From Candidatus Bathyarchaeota archaeon (GTDB lineage Archaea > Thermoproteota > Bathyarchaeia > Bathyarchaeales > Bathycorpusculaceae): a stretch of DNA of 64,000 nucleotides. Positions 21,413-31,709 of the stretch are shown one piece after another; the stretch's first letter is position 1, and each line of letters begins with the position of its first letter. The DNA lies in assembly GCA_963815095.1 (NCBI GenBank), contig CAWFFH010000006.1, positions 147,289-211,288 on the forward strand. The letters are read 5' to 3'. Both the position numbers and the translations under genes were made by a program. Under the pieces are notes generated by a model. That model was given only the letters and a program-made list of their open reading frames with translations, searched no databases and was not told where the DNA came from.

Positions 21413-22438
21413 GTGACTGTCCATTTGTTGCCTTGGGATACTAGCCGTAACTTATTGGAGGAAACAAATCGCCTCTATGATGAAGCAGGAACCTTCGATT
21501 GTATACAGAAAGGGGATCTTGTAGCAGTTAAATTGCATGTGGGTGAATTAGGTAATCCGTATTATGTGCAGCCTTGTTTTGTTCACGATATAGTTCGCAG
21601 GGTAAAGGAGGTCGGCGGTAAACCTTTCTTAACTGACTCCAACACAGCTTATCATGCTCAACGAACCAATGCATACGATCATATGAGGACAGCTTTGATG
21701 AATGGATTTAATATGGCGCCGTTCATCGTTGCTGATGGGTTGAAGAGCGAAAACTTCCGCCTCGTAAAAACTAAAGGTGTTCTAAAGGAGATTGAAGTTT
21801 CAGGTGCCATAGCTGAGGCTGATGCTATGATTGTTGTATCGCATTGCAAGGGACATGAACTTAGCGGATTTGGAGGCGCTATAAAAAACTTGGGCATGGG
21901 TTGCACGCCGAGCGCTGGAAAGATTCGTCAGCACAAAACCGTTGGCTTAAAAATTGACACATCCAAATGTAGTGGTTGTGGCAAATGTAAGGAAACATGT
22001 CCGATGAACCTGCCGGAGATAATTGAGGGAAAAGCTCATAATACTTCGCCTTTGTGCATGTGTTGTCCAATGTGCATTGGAGCTTGCCCTATTGAAGCTA
22101 TAAGTTTTGTTGATAAGGGAAATCTGAGCAAGGCCTTAGCGTCAGCTGCTTTTGGCGTTCTGTCTACTTTTCAACCCAAAAAAGTCTCTTACGTAAGTTT
22201 TGCTAAAGACATAGCGGAAGGCTGCGATTGCTTACCTAACCCAGGGCAAATAATTTTCAAAGATGTCGGTATCTTTGCTTCTAACTCGCCAGTTTCCATT
22301 GACGCCGCGTTTCTATCAATGATTGATTATAAAGTATTGAATGATTTATCCGAGGTAGATTGCATGTTACAAGTAAAAGAAGCAAAGCGCATCGGTATTG
22401 AAGGCGAGGTTAAGCCAAAAATAAATAAAATCATTTAG
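21413..22438 (+). CDS. DUF362-domain Fe-S protein with a ferredoxin-like 2x[4Fe-4S] insert
   Basis: VKLHVGE, LTDSNT, SHCKGH, GGAIKNLGMG, CSGCGKCKETCP, CMCCPMCIGACP and CDC motifs. Confidence 0.85.
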   Translation: MTVHLLPWDTSRNLLEETNRLYDEAGTFDCIQKGDLVAVKLHVGELGNPYYVQPCFVHDIVRRVKEVGGKPFLTDSNTAYHAQRTNAYDHMRTALMNGFNMAPFIVADGLKSENFRLVKTKGVLKEIEVSGAIAEADAMIVVSHCKGHELSGFGGAIKNLGMGCTPSAGKIRQHKTVGLKIDTSKCSGCGKCKETCPMNLPEIIEGKAHNTSPLCMCCPMCIGACPIEAISFVDKGNLSKALASAAFGVLSTFQPKKVSYVSFAKDIAEGCDCLPNPGQIIFKDVGIFASNSPVSIDAAFLSMIDYKVLNDLSEVDCMLQVKEAKRIGIEGEVKPKINKII

Positions 22439-23213
22439 TCTTTTGAGTTTTTCTTTTTCTTCTCCGAATTAACATGTACCCCCCAAAAAGCAGGGCCAAT
22501 GAAGCTACGACAGCCAGGAGAATGTAATGTGAAATACCCGCAACCTCTGCCCACTTACTTCCCAAATAGAAACCTACATAAATTAATAGACTGTTCCACA
22601 AGATGCATCCTGCAGTCGTAAGAACCAAAAACTTTGCCAAAGGCATTTTGGTGGCTCCTGCAGGGAACGATATTAGTGTTCTAATTCCCGGGATCAAGCG
22701 TGCAAGAAAAATTGTGAGCGAGCCGTATTTGTTGAACCAATTTCCAGCAAAGGTCAATTGATCCATAGACAACAATGCTCTTCCCAACACTTTACGCTTC
22801 GTTAGCACCTCAATACCTTTCAAGCCTATGTAATAATCAATCAATGAACCCATTATGGCGGCCACGGTTGCAACCGCTACTGTTACTATAAAGTTTAGTT
22901 GACCTTTGAAAACCAAAAATCCCGAGAAAGGAAGAATTACTTCGCTGGGAACAGGTAATGAACTGGATTCCAAAAGCATTAAACCAAAAATTCCAAGATA
23001 GCCCCATGAAGAAACAGTGTCCTTCACGTTACCAGTAAAAGACATAATTGCGCGAACCAGTGGTCCGCTTGTTAGAGGGGCACCTTCGATGAATACGTCT
23101 TCTAAAAACTCAAACGAAACATAAACTGCAATAATGATGATTATTGTTGCAGCGATTATTTGCGGCGCTTTCCGTCTAAGGAACATGAACCTTGAATTTT
23201 GTGAAATAGTCAT
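22431..23213 (-). CDS. DedA family membrane protein
   Basis: LESSSLPVPSE, KYG...RLIPGIRTLISFPAG motifs. Confidence 0.9.
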   Translation of the reverse strand: MTISQNSRFMFLRRKAPQIIAATIIIIIAVYVSFEFLEDVFIEGAPLTSGPLVRAIMSFTGNVKDTVSSWGYLGIFGLMLLESSSLPVPSEVILPFSGFLVFKGQLNFIVTVAVATVAAIMGSLIDYYIGLKGIEVLTKRKVLGRALLSMDQLTFAGNWFNKYGSLTIFLARLIPGIRTLISFPAGATKMPLAKFLVLTTAGCILWNSLLIYVGFYLGSKWAEVAGISHYILLAVVASLALLFGGYMLIRRRKRKTQKTK

Positions 23214-23328
23214 CGGTTGAACTTTAATGCTGAACTTGGATTTATCTTAGCCTATGATAGTTTGATTTTCTAATATTTTTATAGGACCTCTTTCTTCCAG
23301 TTTGCGCATCAAATAGGGGGCTTGTTTG

Positions 23329-23470
23329 ATGGAAATAATTGAAGGCATCCACCGAATTGATGAAGCCAGCAACAAACCTTGAACACGCTAACGTTTACTT
23401 AGTAATCAACGAAAAAGAAATAATGGTTATTGATACCGGAACAGCAGGAAACGCAAAAATGGATTGTTAC
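23329..23470 (+). pseudogene. 5' fragment of an MBL-fold metallo-hydrolase, frameshifted and truncated
   Basis: ATG 23329 gives MEIIEGIHRIDEASN, then after a frameshift HANVYLVINEKEIMVIDTG. No HxHxDH motif follows. Confidence 0.65.
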
Positions 23471-23637
23471 CTTGACCGACGGGGAAGTCACCTTAAATAT
23501 ATCCAAGTTATGAACGAGCCTGAAGCCTCATCAACTTGGTAGGTTGGTTCAAAAGTTACAGACGATTTACTACTGGAACCAAACGATCACTCATTAATAG
23601 CATAGAAGGCCGATTTTTCCCAGTTTTTCGGCAAAGC

Positions 23638-24327
23638 TTAAGCGACCTTTTTTGATGTTCTTTCGACACCTGAAGCGGCCGTAGCCGACCCTCCTGATTC
23701 CGAAACACCAGCCGCGGCGCCGACGCCCTGAATAGTATTAGGTTGTCCTGTCAGAAATTTATAGGCATCAATAAGAGACGCCCGTGCATTCTGATGATTT
23801 AAGCAAACGCTGCGAGCACCAACATTGCTGCCGACCTCCGAAACGTTCAGTACTCTTAAAATTAAACTTACAGTTGCTCTCGTCGGATTCAAAGTTATAT
23901 CAAAAGAATTCTCCTCAACATCAAAACTTACAAAACGCACTGCCACAGCCCTTTTAGCCCCCCACTTAAAAACGACAATAGGCATGCATGTCTGGCTACC
24001 TACTACTTGCGGCTGCATCATAAGTTCCAACATAGCCAATGCCGGATGGACACCTAGATCTGCTGAAGCTTGAATCTGAGACGGTAGATTAAGATCCATA
24101 CTGTCAAGTTCAAAGGTTAAATTGAAAAACTCGGATGGGACGCTTTGTATGTTGGAGGATAAGTTTGCGGTGGTTTCTGATGGAAGGGGTTGGTTGAAGG
24201 TGTGGAGGAGTTTTTCCGGATTGTATTGGAAAGTAAAAAAGACGTTCTTTGAAGAAATAGTTGCGTCTTTTGCATCTGGGGCAAGCAGGATTAGGGTTCC
24301 TCTGTTGATACTGGGTTGGCTTGGCAA
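23638..24327 (-). CDS. Contractile injection system tube-initiator-like protein (CIS tube / Afp7-like family)
   Basis: FQYNPEKL, G(V)HPALAMLE, P..FKWG.KR...V....VEE..FD..LNP.RA.V.L.LRVL signature of eCIS loci; AGGTAGG SD-like sequence. Confidence 0.72.
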   Translation of the reverse strand: MPSQPSINRGTLILLAPDAKDATISSKNVFFTFQYNPEKLLHTFNQPLPSETTANLSSNIQSVPSEFFNLTFELDSMDLNLPSQIQASADLGVHPALAMLELMMQPQVVGSQTCMPIVVFKWGAKRAVAVRFVSFDVEENSFDITLNPTRATVSLILRVLNVSEVGSNVGARSVCLNHQNARASLIDAYKFLTGQPNTIQGVGAAAGVSESGGSATAASGVERTSKKVA

Positions 24328-24347
24328 CGTTTACCTACCTTGGCATT

Positions 24348-24845
24348 CTATGTTTCTTTGGGTTCAACCACGGCTGTGTCTCTTTCCCAGCCTTCATTCT
24401 CAATTGTTATGCTTTGTATGGCAACCGCGTTTATTCCCGCATCTAGTTCAGGCAAGGCAACGTACTCAGAAACCCAGCATCGGAAAACCTTGTAAGCTAC
24501 ACATGGAACTCCTGCCTCGTTGAGTAACTCAATTATTATATCTTTTCGGAAATTCTTAAGAGACATCGACCCGCTGTTTTTATTAAACACCATGTTTGCC
24601 CAATCCTCAAATTCTTGGTCATGGGTTACGCCACGTTCTAGAATGATCGAGTCATAATGGGTTTTTCCTGGAGACTTTCGTTCAACATTTGTATCACCTC
24701 CATCGCGGTGAAGAATGACGTCCGTGGTGCGTTTGAGCGGACTCATCTTTGAGACGCCCGCAACAACTTTATTGTCCCATTTGACTCTGAACTTGAATTT
24801 TTTGTAAGGGTCAACTCGATGTGTGTTAACACTGAATTGTGGCAC
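24348..24845 (-). CDS. Phage tail tube protein (T4 gp19 / eCIS Afp1-5 type)
   Basis: R.DPYK.FKFRVKWD, KSPG.T.Y..I.LERGVTHD.EFE.WAN, FRKDIIIEL.NEAG, RCWVSEY.ALPELDA and ENEGWERD motifs. Confidence 0.88.
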   Translation of the reverse strand: MPQFSVNTHRVDPYKKFKFRVKWDNKVVAGVSKMSPLKRTTDVILHRDGGDTNVERKSPGKTHYDSIILERGVTHDQEFEDWANMVFNKNSGSMSLKNFRKDIIIELLNEAGVPCVAYKVFRCWVSEYVALPELDAGINAVAIQSITIENEGWERDTAVVEPKET

Positions 24846-24877
24846 TATTAATCAACCAACTCTCACTTTGTCGATTT

Positions 24878-24897
24878 AACTTATTTATGTTTGCGGT
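24878..24897 (-). promoter_or_regulatory. Putative BRE/TATA upstream of the tube gene
   Basis: Minus strand reads CCGCAAAC-ATAAATAA-G, about 35-50 nt upstream of GTG 24845. Confidence 0.4.
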
Positions 24898-25219
24898 TGA
24901 TTAAGAATTGAGATTCAACTCATTTGCAATCAAAAATGCTTTGACCTGTTTCTTGAAGTTTTGATTGACTCCGATAACTTATCATATTTGCTCCATCACT
25001 CATTAGTTGAGACATAAATTTTTAGGGTCAAGTAAGACATGATTTTCTGGAACTTACTTTTAAAATTAGTTTTTAGTTCCTTTTTTGTTTGGCTTCTTTT
25101 TGTGGTTTTTTTGGGTTTGGTTCCTGAAATGTTGTTGGACTTAATTTTCGCTAAACAAAGTTTATTAATAAACGAGACTCATGATTTTTAACAAGTGAGT
25201 TATCAGGGCAACAATAAAC

Positions 25220-25450
25220 ATGCCAAACATCCCCAAAAAGTTACGATTCCTCATCCACGGCATAGGCTTAAGCAGCTTAGGCAGCGCCCTATTCCTACAA
25301 AGCACCGTATTCACAAGCATCCTAAAAAACGGATATTTCAGAGGAATAGAAACAAACTCACTCATACTCTACTCCGAGATAGCGCTGACAGGTATTGCGA
25401 TAACTTATTTTGGATACATCCTAGTTCGGTTCCTTTTTCCTAAAAATTAA
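25220..25450 (+). CDS. Small two-TM membrane protein
   Basis: Two hydrophobic helices and an ATG start. Confidence 0.6.
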   Translation: MPNIPKKLRFLIHGIGLSSLGSALFLQSTVFTSILKNGYFRGIETNSLILYSEIALTGIAITYFGYILVRFLFPKN

Positions 25451-25652
25451 TCAATTACGTTAGCTCGATTAATTTTTGCAGTTCAAGTTTTCTTGAAGGT
25501 TTTTCGACTACAAAGGTATAGATATCTTTTCTGTCGTTTAGTTCTCTCCAAAGTTACACATAATAAAATGCAAATTTGTTGGGTTTTGAGAAAAAGAACT
25601 GATTATTTAAAAATGAAAAAAGGAAGTTTAGTTTTTCGGGGCAGGTATAGCG

Positions 25653-27128
25653 TTAGGGTTTGGTTGTTTGTTTTGTTTCTTTTTTTCTTCGTCTTCGCCT
25701 TGCCAGCAGCAGGAACGCTATGAGCAGGAGGATTAGGATGATTAGTGCTGATTCAGCTACGGTGTAGAGGCTTACGGTTTGATCCCAGTTTGCTGTCTCG
25801 GTGATGGGGTTATTCATGGTAACATATGGTGTGTTATCAGTGCCGCTGTACGAGCCTAAACCGTTTCCAGCCCAGTTTGAGAAGGCATACTGTGTGCCAT
25901 AGCTATCTGTGCTCTGTGAATCTACGTTAAAGTTTGCAGTTGCACCGGCATTGTACCAGCCTTGTCCCATGGGATTCCCGTAGGGCGAGTTAATAGCCAA
26001 ATAATACTGTGTACCGTATACTATAGTTTGGATTGTAACTGTTGGAACCTGAATTGTAGCTGAGTTACTTCCCTTGACTATGTATCTGGTTGTAGCATTT
26101 TGGCTTACTACGCTCCTTGTTGTCCATGAGTAATCTCCAGCTTGAATGCCGCTGAAAGTTACGGTTGATGTTGTTGTAGTTTTGGTTTGTCCGTTGAAGG
26201 TTATGCTCCATGATTTTCCTAAGGGTAAGCCTTGTTCTTTGAAAGTTATTGTGTTGGTGGTTGTAGTTTCAGTAAGAGGTTTTGGTCTTGAACTTTGGGT
26301 TGAGATGGGGGTTGGTGATGGGGTTATTGTCTCGGTTGGAATTGGAGTGGGTGTTGGAGAATCGGTTAATGTTGGTTCCTGGCTTGGTGTAGGTGTTGGT
26401 GTCGGAGAATCGCTTGATATTGGACTTGGGCTGGGGGTTGGCGTTGGTGTAATTGTTGGTGCCGAAGTATCAATTGGTGTTGGTGAAGTTGTTGGTGTAG
26501 GTTCTTGTGTTGGGGGCACGGTGGGTTGGGGTGTTGGAGAAGTTACAGGAGTTGGCGTGGGGGTGGTGGTTGGTGTCGGTGTTGCAGTTGGAATTGGCGT
26601 TGGAGTTGGGGCTGAAGTTATGATTTGTTTAAAGAGAACAGTGTATATTTGGTAGTCTCTCCATGAGTTTTGATAGGCACTTATGATCCATTGATATTGG
26701 CCTGCAGCGCTAGGGTTTTGCAAGGTGAAGGTGACTGAAACAACTTGGTTGGTGCTCAGCCCTTCTCCATGTCCATGTAGATTTATCGTGCCGTTGCCAG
26801 TCAGGGTGGGTTGGGAGATTACTGTAGGTTTCCAGGTTTGTCCTGTTGGGGAGTTTGTAATTTTTAGTGATGAAGAAACCAAATTATTGTATCCCTTAGG
26901 AATTGTTAAATTTACAGAGATTATATTTGATGTGCCGGTGTTCGTTATCGTTATTGCATATTGAGCTGTTTGAGCTGTAATAGCATTGTCAGTTGTTACA
27001 TTTGCTGTGCATATGAAACTAGATGTTGAACATGCTGAACTAAGCTGAACTGGGATTGCAATTGTCGGAACTAAGGCTATTATGAGGATGATTAATAGTG
27101 ATGTTGATTTTTTATTGGTTAATTTCAT
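25653..27128 (-). CDS. Secreted, membrane-anchored surface protein: Ig-like domain, Pro/Thr linker, thermopsin-C/B-repeat-like domains
   Basis: Signal peptide, ~110-aa PT linker, [22 protein letters not shown]...G.GWYNAG...F.NW, TM+RRRRRKK. Confidence 0.8.
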   Translation of the reverse strand: MKLTNKKSTSLLIILIIALVPTIAIPVQLSSACSTSSFICTANVTTDNAITAQTAQYAITITNTGTSNIISVNLTIPKGYNNLVSSSLKITNSPTGQTWKPTVISQPTLTGNGTINLHGHGEGLSTNQVVSVTFTLQNPSAAGQYQWIISAYQNSWRDYQIYTVLFKQIITSAPTPTPIPTATPTPTTTPTPTPVTSPTPQPTVPPTQEPTPTTSPTPIDTSAPTITPTPTPSPSPISSDSPTPTPTPSQEPTLTDSPTPTPIPTETITPSPTPISTQSSRPKPLTETTTTNTITFKEQGLPLGKSWSITFNGQTKTTTTSTVTFSGIQAGDYSWTTRSVVSQNATTRYIVKGSNSATIQVPTVTIQTIVYGTQYYLAINSPYGNPMGQGWYNAGATANFNVDSQSTDSYGTQYAFSNWAGNGLGSYSGTDNTPYVTMNNPITETANWDQTVSLYTVAESALIILILLLIAFLLLARRRRRKKETKQTTKP

Positions 27129-27360
27129 ATCAGGTTTCTTCCTATTTGAATATGTTATTATAAATCAACTTTCCATGCGATTGCTTATAACCATGCTTGG
27201 GATTTTGGCTATATATCGAATTTTAGAGTATTGTTGTTTTACAGTTCAGGATTTATATCTTAAATATTAATACTTATATAGCACGATACCAACTATGAAT
27301 TCCAGTAAACACTACGCTCAACTAACAATTCAACAGGCACTTAAGGAGCATTAAAACGAA

Positions 27361-27906
27361 ATGGTGAAACAAATCACTGTTGGAAAAATACAAGCATCTT
27401 ACCTTACTGAAGAAGACATTGTTGAAACAGAAGAGTATTTTCAACAATCAGTAGTTATAAGCAGTAAACAAACCGAAAGTTTCAAAGAAACAACATCTCC
27501 ACAGTTCAAAAACACCGTTTCCATAGAACCTACATCCACCCGGGCCAATATTTCTGATGAGAAATTCAATCAATATCTGTTGCAAGCCATTGATGAAACT
27601 TTAGCTTCCCTGGGCGAAGTTGTTAAGAACGCGGTGTTTGAACATTTAGAAAACGATTTCCAAATAGCTAAAGGCGATATCCCCCAAAAGATTTGTGATT
27701 TTGCTAAGATTATTCACAAGGTCTTTGGATTAGGTGCGGATCGATTGGAACTTAAGATTGTGAAAAATTTGAGTTCCAAGCTTCAAGTCGATGTTCAATT
27801 AACTGAGTATGAATGGCCGCTCTCTAAGTGGATTGTTAGCGATGCGTCGTTTACAGATAATATTGAAGATTTACGCAGCAGCTACGCCAAAAAGAAGAAT
27901 CTGTAA
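27361..27906 (+). CDS. DUF3227/NitrOD5-like helical protein
   Basis: LLQAIDETLASLGE.VK..V..HLE..F.I....IP.....F...I.KVFGLGA..LE..IVKNL; paralogue of 30641-31114. Confidence 0.65.
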   Translation: MVKQITVGKIQASYLTEEDIVETEEYFQQSVVISSKQTESFKETTSPQFKNTVSIEPTSTRANISDEKFNQYLLQAIDETLASLGEVVKNAVFEHLENDFQIAKGDIPQKICDFAKIIHKVFGLGADRLELKIVKNLSSKLQVDVQLTEYEWPLSKWIVSDASFTDNIEDLRSSYAKKKNL

Positions 27907-28029
27907 TTTTACATTTATTTTTTTATTGAAAGTTATTGGCTAATTTTTTGTTTGTAACTTGAGTATGTATTCAGGATTCATAATGCTTATGTGCTTTTTT
28001 GGAGCTACCTTTTAGCATTACGAGAGTTG

Positions 28030-29982
28030 ATGAATATTACCCAAAAGGCGAGTTCGATCAGTGGCATAATCTTATCCGATATTACAAGAGATGAAGAAAA
28101 CTTTCAAGTCATAGCTAACTCACTCAAGGACGCTGTAATCATAGTAGATGAAAAAGGTAAAATTTCATGCTGGAATTCTGCCTCTGAAAAAATGTTTGGA
28201 TACAATAGCAATGAAGCCATAGGCAAAAACGTGCATCAACTAATAGTTCCCAAAAGCATGTGCCTGGAAGCTAAAGACCGAATTAAAACTAGCATGGAAA
28301 TCTTTGAAGATACAGGAATGGGTTACTATGCTGTGGGAAATGTCGAGTTGGCTGGGTGCAGAAAAGATGGATCCGAAATTACAGTTGAGCTTACGATTTC
28401 TCCACTGAAAATCTCAGGCAAATGGAACGCCGTTGGAATAATCAAAGACATTACACGTAGAAAACAGGCTGAGGATAAATTAAGAGAAGCCGAACAACGG
28501 TACCATGCGCTGTTTAATCAATCCCCTGCAGGGGTCCTAGTTGTTGACCCTAAGACCACTGGTTTTGTTGAATTTAACGATCTTGCGCATAACCAACTTG
28601 GGTACACAAGAGAAGAATTTGAAAAGCTTTCACTAACCGATATAGAAGTCAACAAGCCAGGCAAAATTAAGAAAAATGTCGCTGAATTATTGAAGGCTGG
28701 AGATGGAGAATTTGAGACAGAACATAAAACCAAAACATCAGAGACAAAAAATGTTCTGGTAACTACAAAGACCCTCAAACTAAAGGGCACAAAATATCTC
28801 CAGTGCATATTCCGTGACATTACCGAAATTAGACGCGTCCAAAAGAGTCTGGGTGAGAGTGAAGCTAAGTATCGACAATTAGTTGAACTCGCTCAAGAAG
28901 GCGTTTGGGTTCTATCAAAAGACTATGAAACAGTTTTTGTTAATCGTAGAATGACAGAAATGTTGGGTTACAGTAACAGTGAAATGACTGGAAAAACCCT
29001 GTTTGATTTTATAGATAGCCGAGTAGTTCCTTTGGCGAAGGATTTCTTAGGAAAATATAAGTGTGGAGTTAGCGGAAATTTGGAGTATGAACTCACCAAA
29101 AAAGATGGCTCCCACATATACGCAAGTATTGCGGCATCTCAGATTACTGATGATAAAGGAGATTATTTGGGAACCCTTGCCCTCGTAGCCGATATTACGT
29201 TACGTAAAGATATGGAAAACAAGTTAGAAAAGTATTCTAAGAATCTTGAAGAAATAATTGCCCAAAAGACCAAGGAATTAGAGAAAGCACAGGTTCAACT
29301 GTTAAAGTCTGAGCGATTAGCCGCGATAGGAGAGTTATCCGGCATGATTGGTCATGACTTACGCAACCCATTAACCGGGATAAAGAACGCAGCCTACTTC
29401 TTAAAAAGAAAGAATTCTAATTCGTCCCCACAAGAAAAAGAAATGATCGAAATAATAGATCGCTGCGTTGAGTATTCAAATAAAATAATAAATGACTTGC
29501 TCGATTTCTCAAGAGAAATCCGGTTAGACCTCAAAGAAACTTCATTACAAAAAATGATACCTGAAAGCTTAATGATGGCAAACATTCCAAGTAAGATTAA
29601 TGTCATAAACGATCAAATCAATACGACCAGATTTATGGCTGATGTCAATAAATTAACTCGCATCTTTGTTAATTTAATCAAAAATGCAGTAGACGCCATG
29701 CCAAATGGTGGCACCTTGAGCATCAGTAGCGTAATAGAAGACGGCAGAGTAAAAATTCATTTCTCTGATACAGGTATGGGAATTTCAGAAGATGTTTTAC
29801 CCAAGTTGTTTGCCCCATTGTTTACTACGAAAGCTCAGGGTATGGGATTTGGGCTAGCAATTTGCAAACGCATCGTTGAAGCACATGGAGGAACGATAAC
29901 CGTTAAAACAGCCCTGGAAAAAGGAACAACCTTTACAGTAACTATTCCAATTGAAGCTAAACTTCAAAGCGGAGGTGACTAG
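28030..29982 (+). CDS. Three-PAS sensor histidine kinase (NtrB-like HisKA/HATPase)
   Basis: PAS repeats, H-box GHDLRNPL, NLIKNA, DTGMGI, FTTK, GMGFGL. Confidence 0.93.
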   Translation: MNITQKASSISGIILSDITRDEENFQVIANSLKDAVIIVDEKGKISCWNSASEKMFGYNSNEAIGKNVHQLIVPKSMCLEAKDRIKTSMEIFEDTGMGYYAVGNVELAGCRKDGSEITVELTISPLKISGKWNAVGIIKDITRRKQAEDKLREAEQRYHALFNQSPAGVLVVDPKTTGFVEFNDLAHNQLGYTREEFEKLSLTDIEVNKPGKIKKNVAELLKAGDGEFETEHKTKTSETKNVLVTTKTLKLKGTKYLQCIFRDITEIRRVQKSLGESEAKYRQLVELAQEGVWVLSKDYETVFVNRRMTEMLGYSNSEMTGKTLFDFIDSRVVPLAKDFLGKYKCGVSGNLEYELTKKDGSHIYASIAASQITDDKGDYLGTLALVADITLRKDMENKLEKYSKNLEEIIAQKTKELEKAQVQLLKSERLAAIGELSGMIGHDLRNPLTGIKNAAYFLKRKNSNSSPQEKEMIEIIDRCVEYSNKIINDLLDFSREIRLDLKETSLQKMIPESLMMANIPSKINVINDQINTTRFMADVNKLTRIFVNLIKNAVDAMPNGGTLSISSVIEDGRVKIHFSDTGMGISEDVLPKLFAPLFTTKAQGMGFGLAICKRIVEAHGGTITVKTALEKGTTFTVTIPIEAKLQSGGD

Positions 29983-29983
29983 T

Positions 29984-30436
29984 TTGGACCAAAAATACAA
30001 AATATTAATCGTTGACGATGATGAAACCATCAGATCTACTATGAAAGCAATCCTTGAAGATGAAGGATACAGCGTTGATAGCGCAGCTAACGGAAAAGAA
30101 GCAATCAAAAAGACCCAAGAACAATCCTACAACTTAGCATTACTTGACATAAGATTACCCGACATGGAAGGCGTTGAATTACTAAAACTAATGAAGGAAC
30201 CTATGCCTAGAATGCGCAAAATCATGGTGACCGGATTCCCATCTCTACAGAATGCCGTTGAAGCAGTTAACAAAAATGCAGATGCATATTTGATTAAGCC
30301 TGTTGACGTAGATAAATTACTTGCTACAGTGAAAGAGCAGCTTGCAAAACAAGAAGAAGATAAAAAATTCAGTGAACAAAAAGTCGCTGATTTCATTGAA
30401 AGTCGCGTCAAAGACATAACAGTGGACCAGGTTTAA
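29984..30436 (+). CDS. Stand-alone response regulator receiver
   Basis: ILIVDDD, LLDIRLP, TG and KP motifs. TTG start after GGAGGTG. Confidence 0.92.
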   Translation: MDQKYKILIVDDDETIRSTMKAILEDEGYSVDSAANGKEAIKKTQEQSYNLALLDIRLPDMEGVELLKLMKEPMPRMRKIMVTGFPSLQNAVEAVNKNADAYLIKPVDVDKLLATVKEQLAKQEEDKKFSEQKVADFIESRVKDITVDQV

Positions 30437-30640
30437 TAGAATCTATAGTTTTTTTCTATATTTACTTTTTTAATGAATTTAAATAATTTATATTAAATAA
30501 TTTGTTGCTTTAACCAAAAATATTCTTAAATATTGATTGATGATAAATATTTTGAATATTTTAAGTTTATATATCCAGTTAGCTGCATGTCTTAGTAAAG
30601 AATCGTTAAGGAATAATAGAACTCACATGAAGGAAAACGA

Positions 30641-31114
30641 ATGAGTTTTACGATAACACAAGAAGAGTCCCTAATTCCATTAGCAAATAGCGCTGAGTCA
30701 TATCTTTCTCAAAATCTTACTGAAAAAACCTATCAAAAAGGTGATAAACCAACGAATCAAACGCCCTCAGATAAATTTAACCATTTGTTGATTGAGTCTA
30801 TTGATGAAGCGATTATTTTATTAGGCGAACCCGTAAAGAACGAGTTTTATCTTCGCTTGGAAGTTAACTTCAACATGGAAAAAAACGACATCCCGCTAAG
30901 GCTGGAAGAATTCTCTTACATTTTGCAAAAGGTTTTTGGCTTTGGCGCAAGTCGACTCGAACTCAACTGCTTAAAAAATCTTGATTCAAAAATTCCAACC
31001 TGTACCAAATGTATTGATGCTAATTGGTCAGTTTCTACGTGGATCGAACAAGAGAAGTCCTTCATTGGGATGATAAATACCAAACGAAAAGACTTTCTAC
31101 TAAACATCAAGTAG
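30641..31114 (+). CDS. DUF3227/NitrOD5-like helical protein (paralogue)
   Basis: SDKFNHLLIESIDEAI..LGEPVK...LE..F......IP.....F...L.KVFG.GA.RLE...LKNL. Confidence 0.65.
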   Translation: MSFTITQEESLIPLANSAESYLSQNLTEKTYQKGDKPTNQTPSDKFNHLLIESIDEAIILLGEPVKNEFYLRLEVNFNMEKNDIPLRLEEFSYILQKVFGFGASRLELNCLKNLDSKIPTCTKCIDANWSVSTWIEQEKSFIGMINTKRKDFLLNIK

Positions 31115-31156
31115 CAACTTTTGCAGCATTTCCCAATTTAATTTAATTCTGGCCGA

Positions 31157-31465
31157 TTATTCCTTTTTGAGGCTTAGTTCTTCTTGGTTTTTTTGCTGGC
31201 GCCTCTGTTCGCAGCTGTCAAATATTTTTCCCCACTTTGTAGTGTTTAACCAATTGATTAAGGAAAACTGCAATATACCTCCAGCGGCGCTGGCGACTAA
31301 CCAGGTTAAAGCTCCAAAAGTGCTGAAAGCAACCGCGAAAATGGCGGTTCCGACGAGGAAAACAATGAAACCGATAATGTTGAATTTAATGAAGGCGAAA
31401 AGCCACTTCTTTGCTCTTTCACCAAAACTCTTCTTAGTTTGCTTACCCATGCTCACCATACTCAA
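31157..31465 (-). CDS. Small GtrA-like membrane protein
   Basis: FIKFNIIG followed by two TM helices. Confidence 0.5.
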   Translation of the reverse strand: MSMVSMGKQTKKSFGERAKKWLFAFIKFNIIGFIVFLVGTAIFAVAFSTFGALTWLVASAAGGILQFSLINWLNTTKWGKIFDSCEQRRQQKNQEELSLKKE

Positions 31466-31616
31466 AAACTTTATTCATATTATTTATTGCCCTATACTTA
31501 TTTAAGTTCTCAACAGGCTCGTTTTTTCTCATTTCAAGTCATCAACAGCGATTTAAAAAATTTCAACAATTATTGCAATTTTTATATCAGACATAATTAG
31601 GTAAGCTTCGCAAAAA

Positions 31617-31709
31617 TTACAGATGTCCACCCAGAACGCCAGCTACGGTGGAAACTATAAACAGAATGATAATGCCGATGACTATGATTTTTTTAGTTGA
31701 AGCCTTCAT
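31617..31709 (-). CDS. Putative 30-aa single-TM microprotein MKASTKKIIVIGIIILFIVSTVAGVLGGHL
   Basis: Manual translation; GGAGGGG SD-like sequence upstream; basic N-terminus followed by a TM helix. Confidence 0.5.
   Translation of the reverse strand: MKASTKKIIVIGIIILFIVSTVAGVLGGHL

Noticed and set aside
24920-25015. 31-codon ORF upstream of the tube gene as a possible sheath remnant
   Set aside because: No sheath-like motifs, and too short to support
23329-25450. Prophage around the tail tube gene
   Set aside because: No capsid, terminase, portal, integrase or att-like repeats seen; the motifs match eCIS-type tube genes
26320-26610. Repetitive DNA resembling a CRISPR or tandem array
   Set aside because: Degenerate coding PT repeats with no fixed repeat-spacer structure and no cas genes
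26146-26655. Gly/Val-repeat ORFs (also 38408-38731)
   Set aside because: Antisense shadows of Pro/Thr linkers
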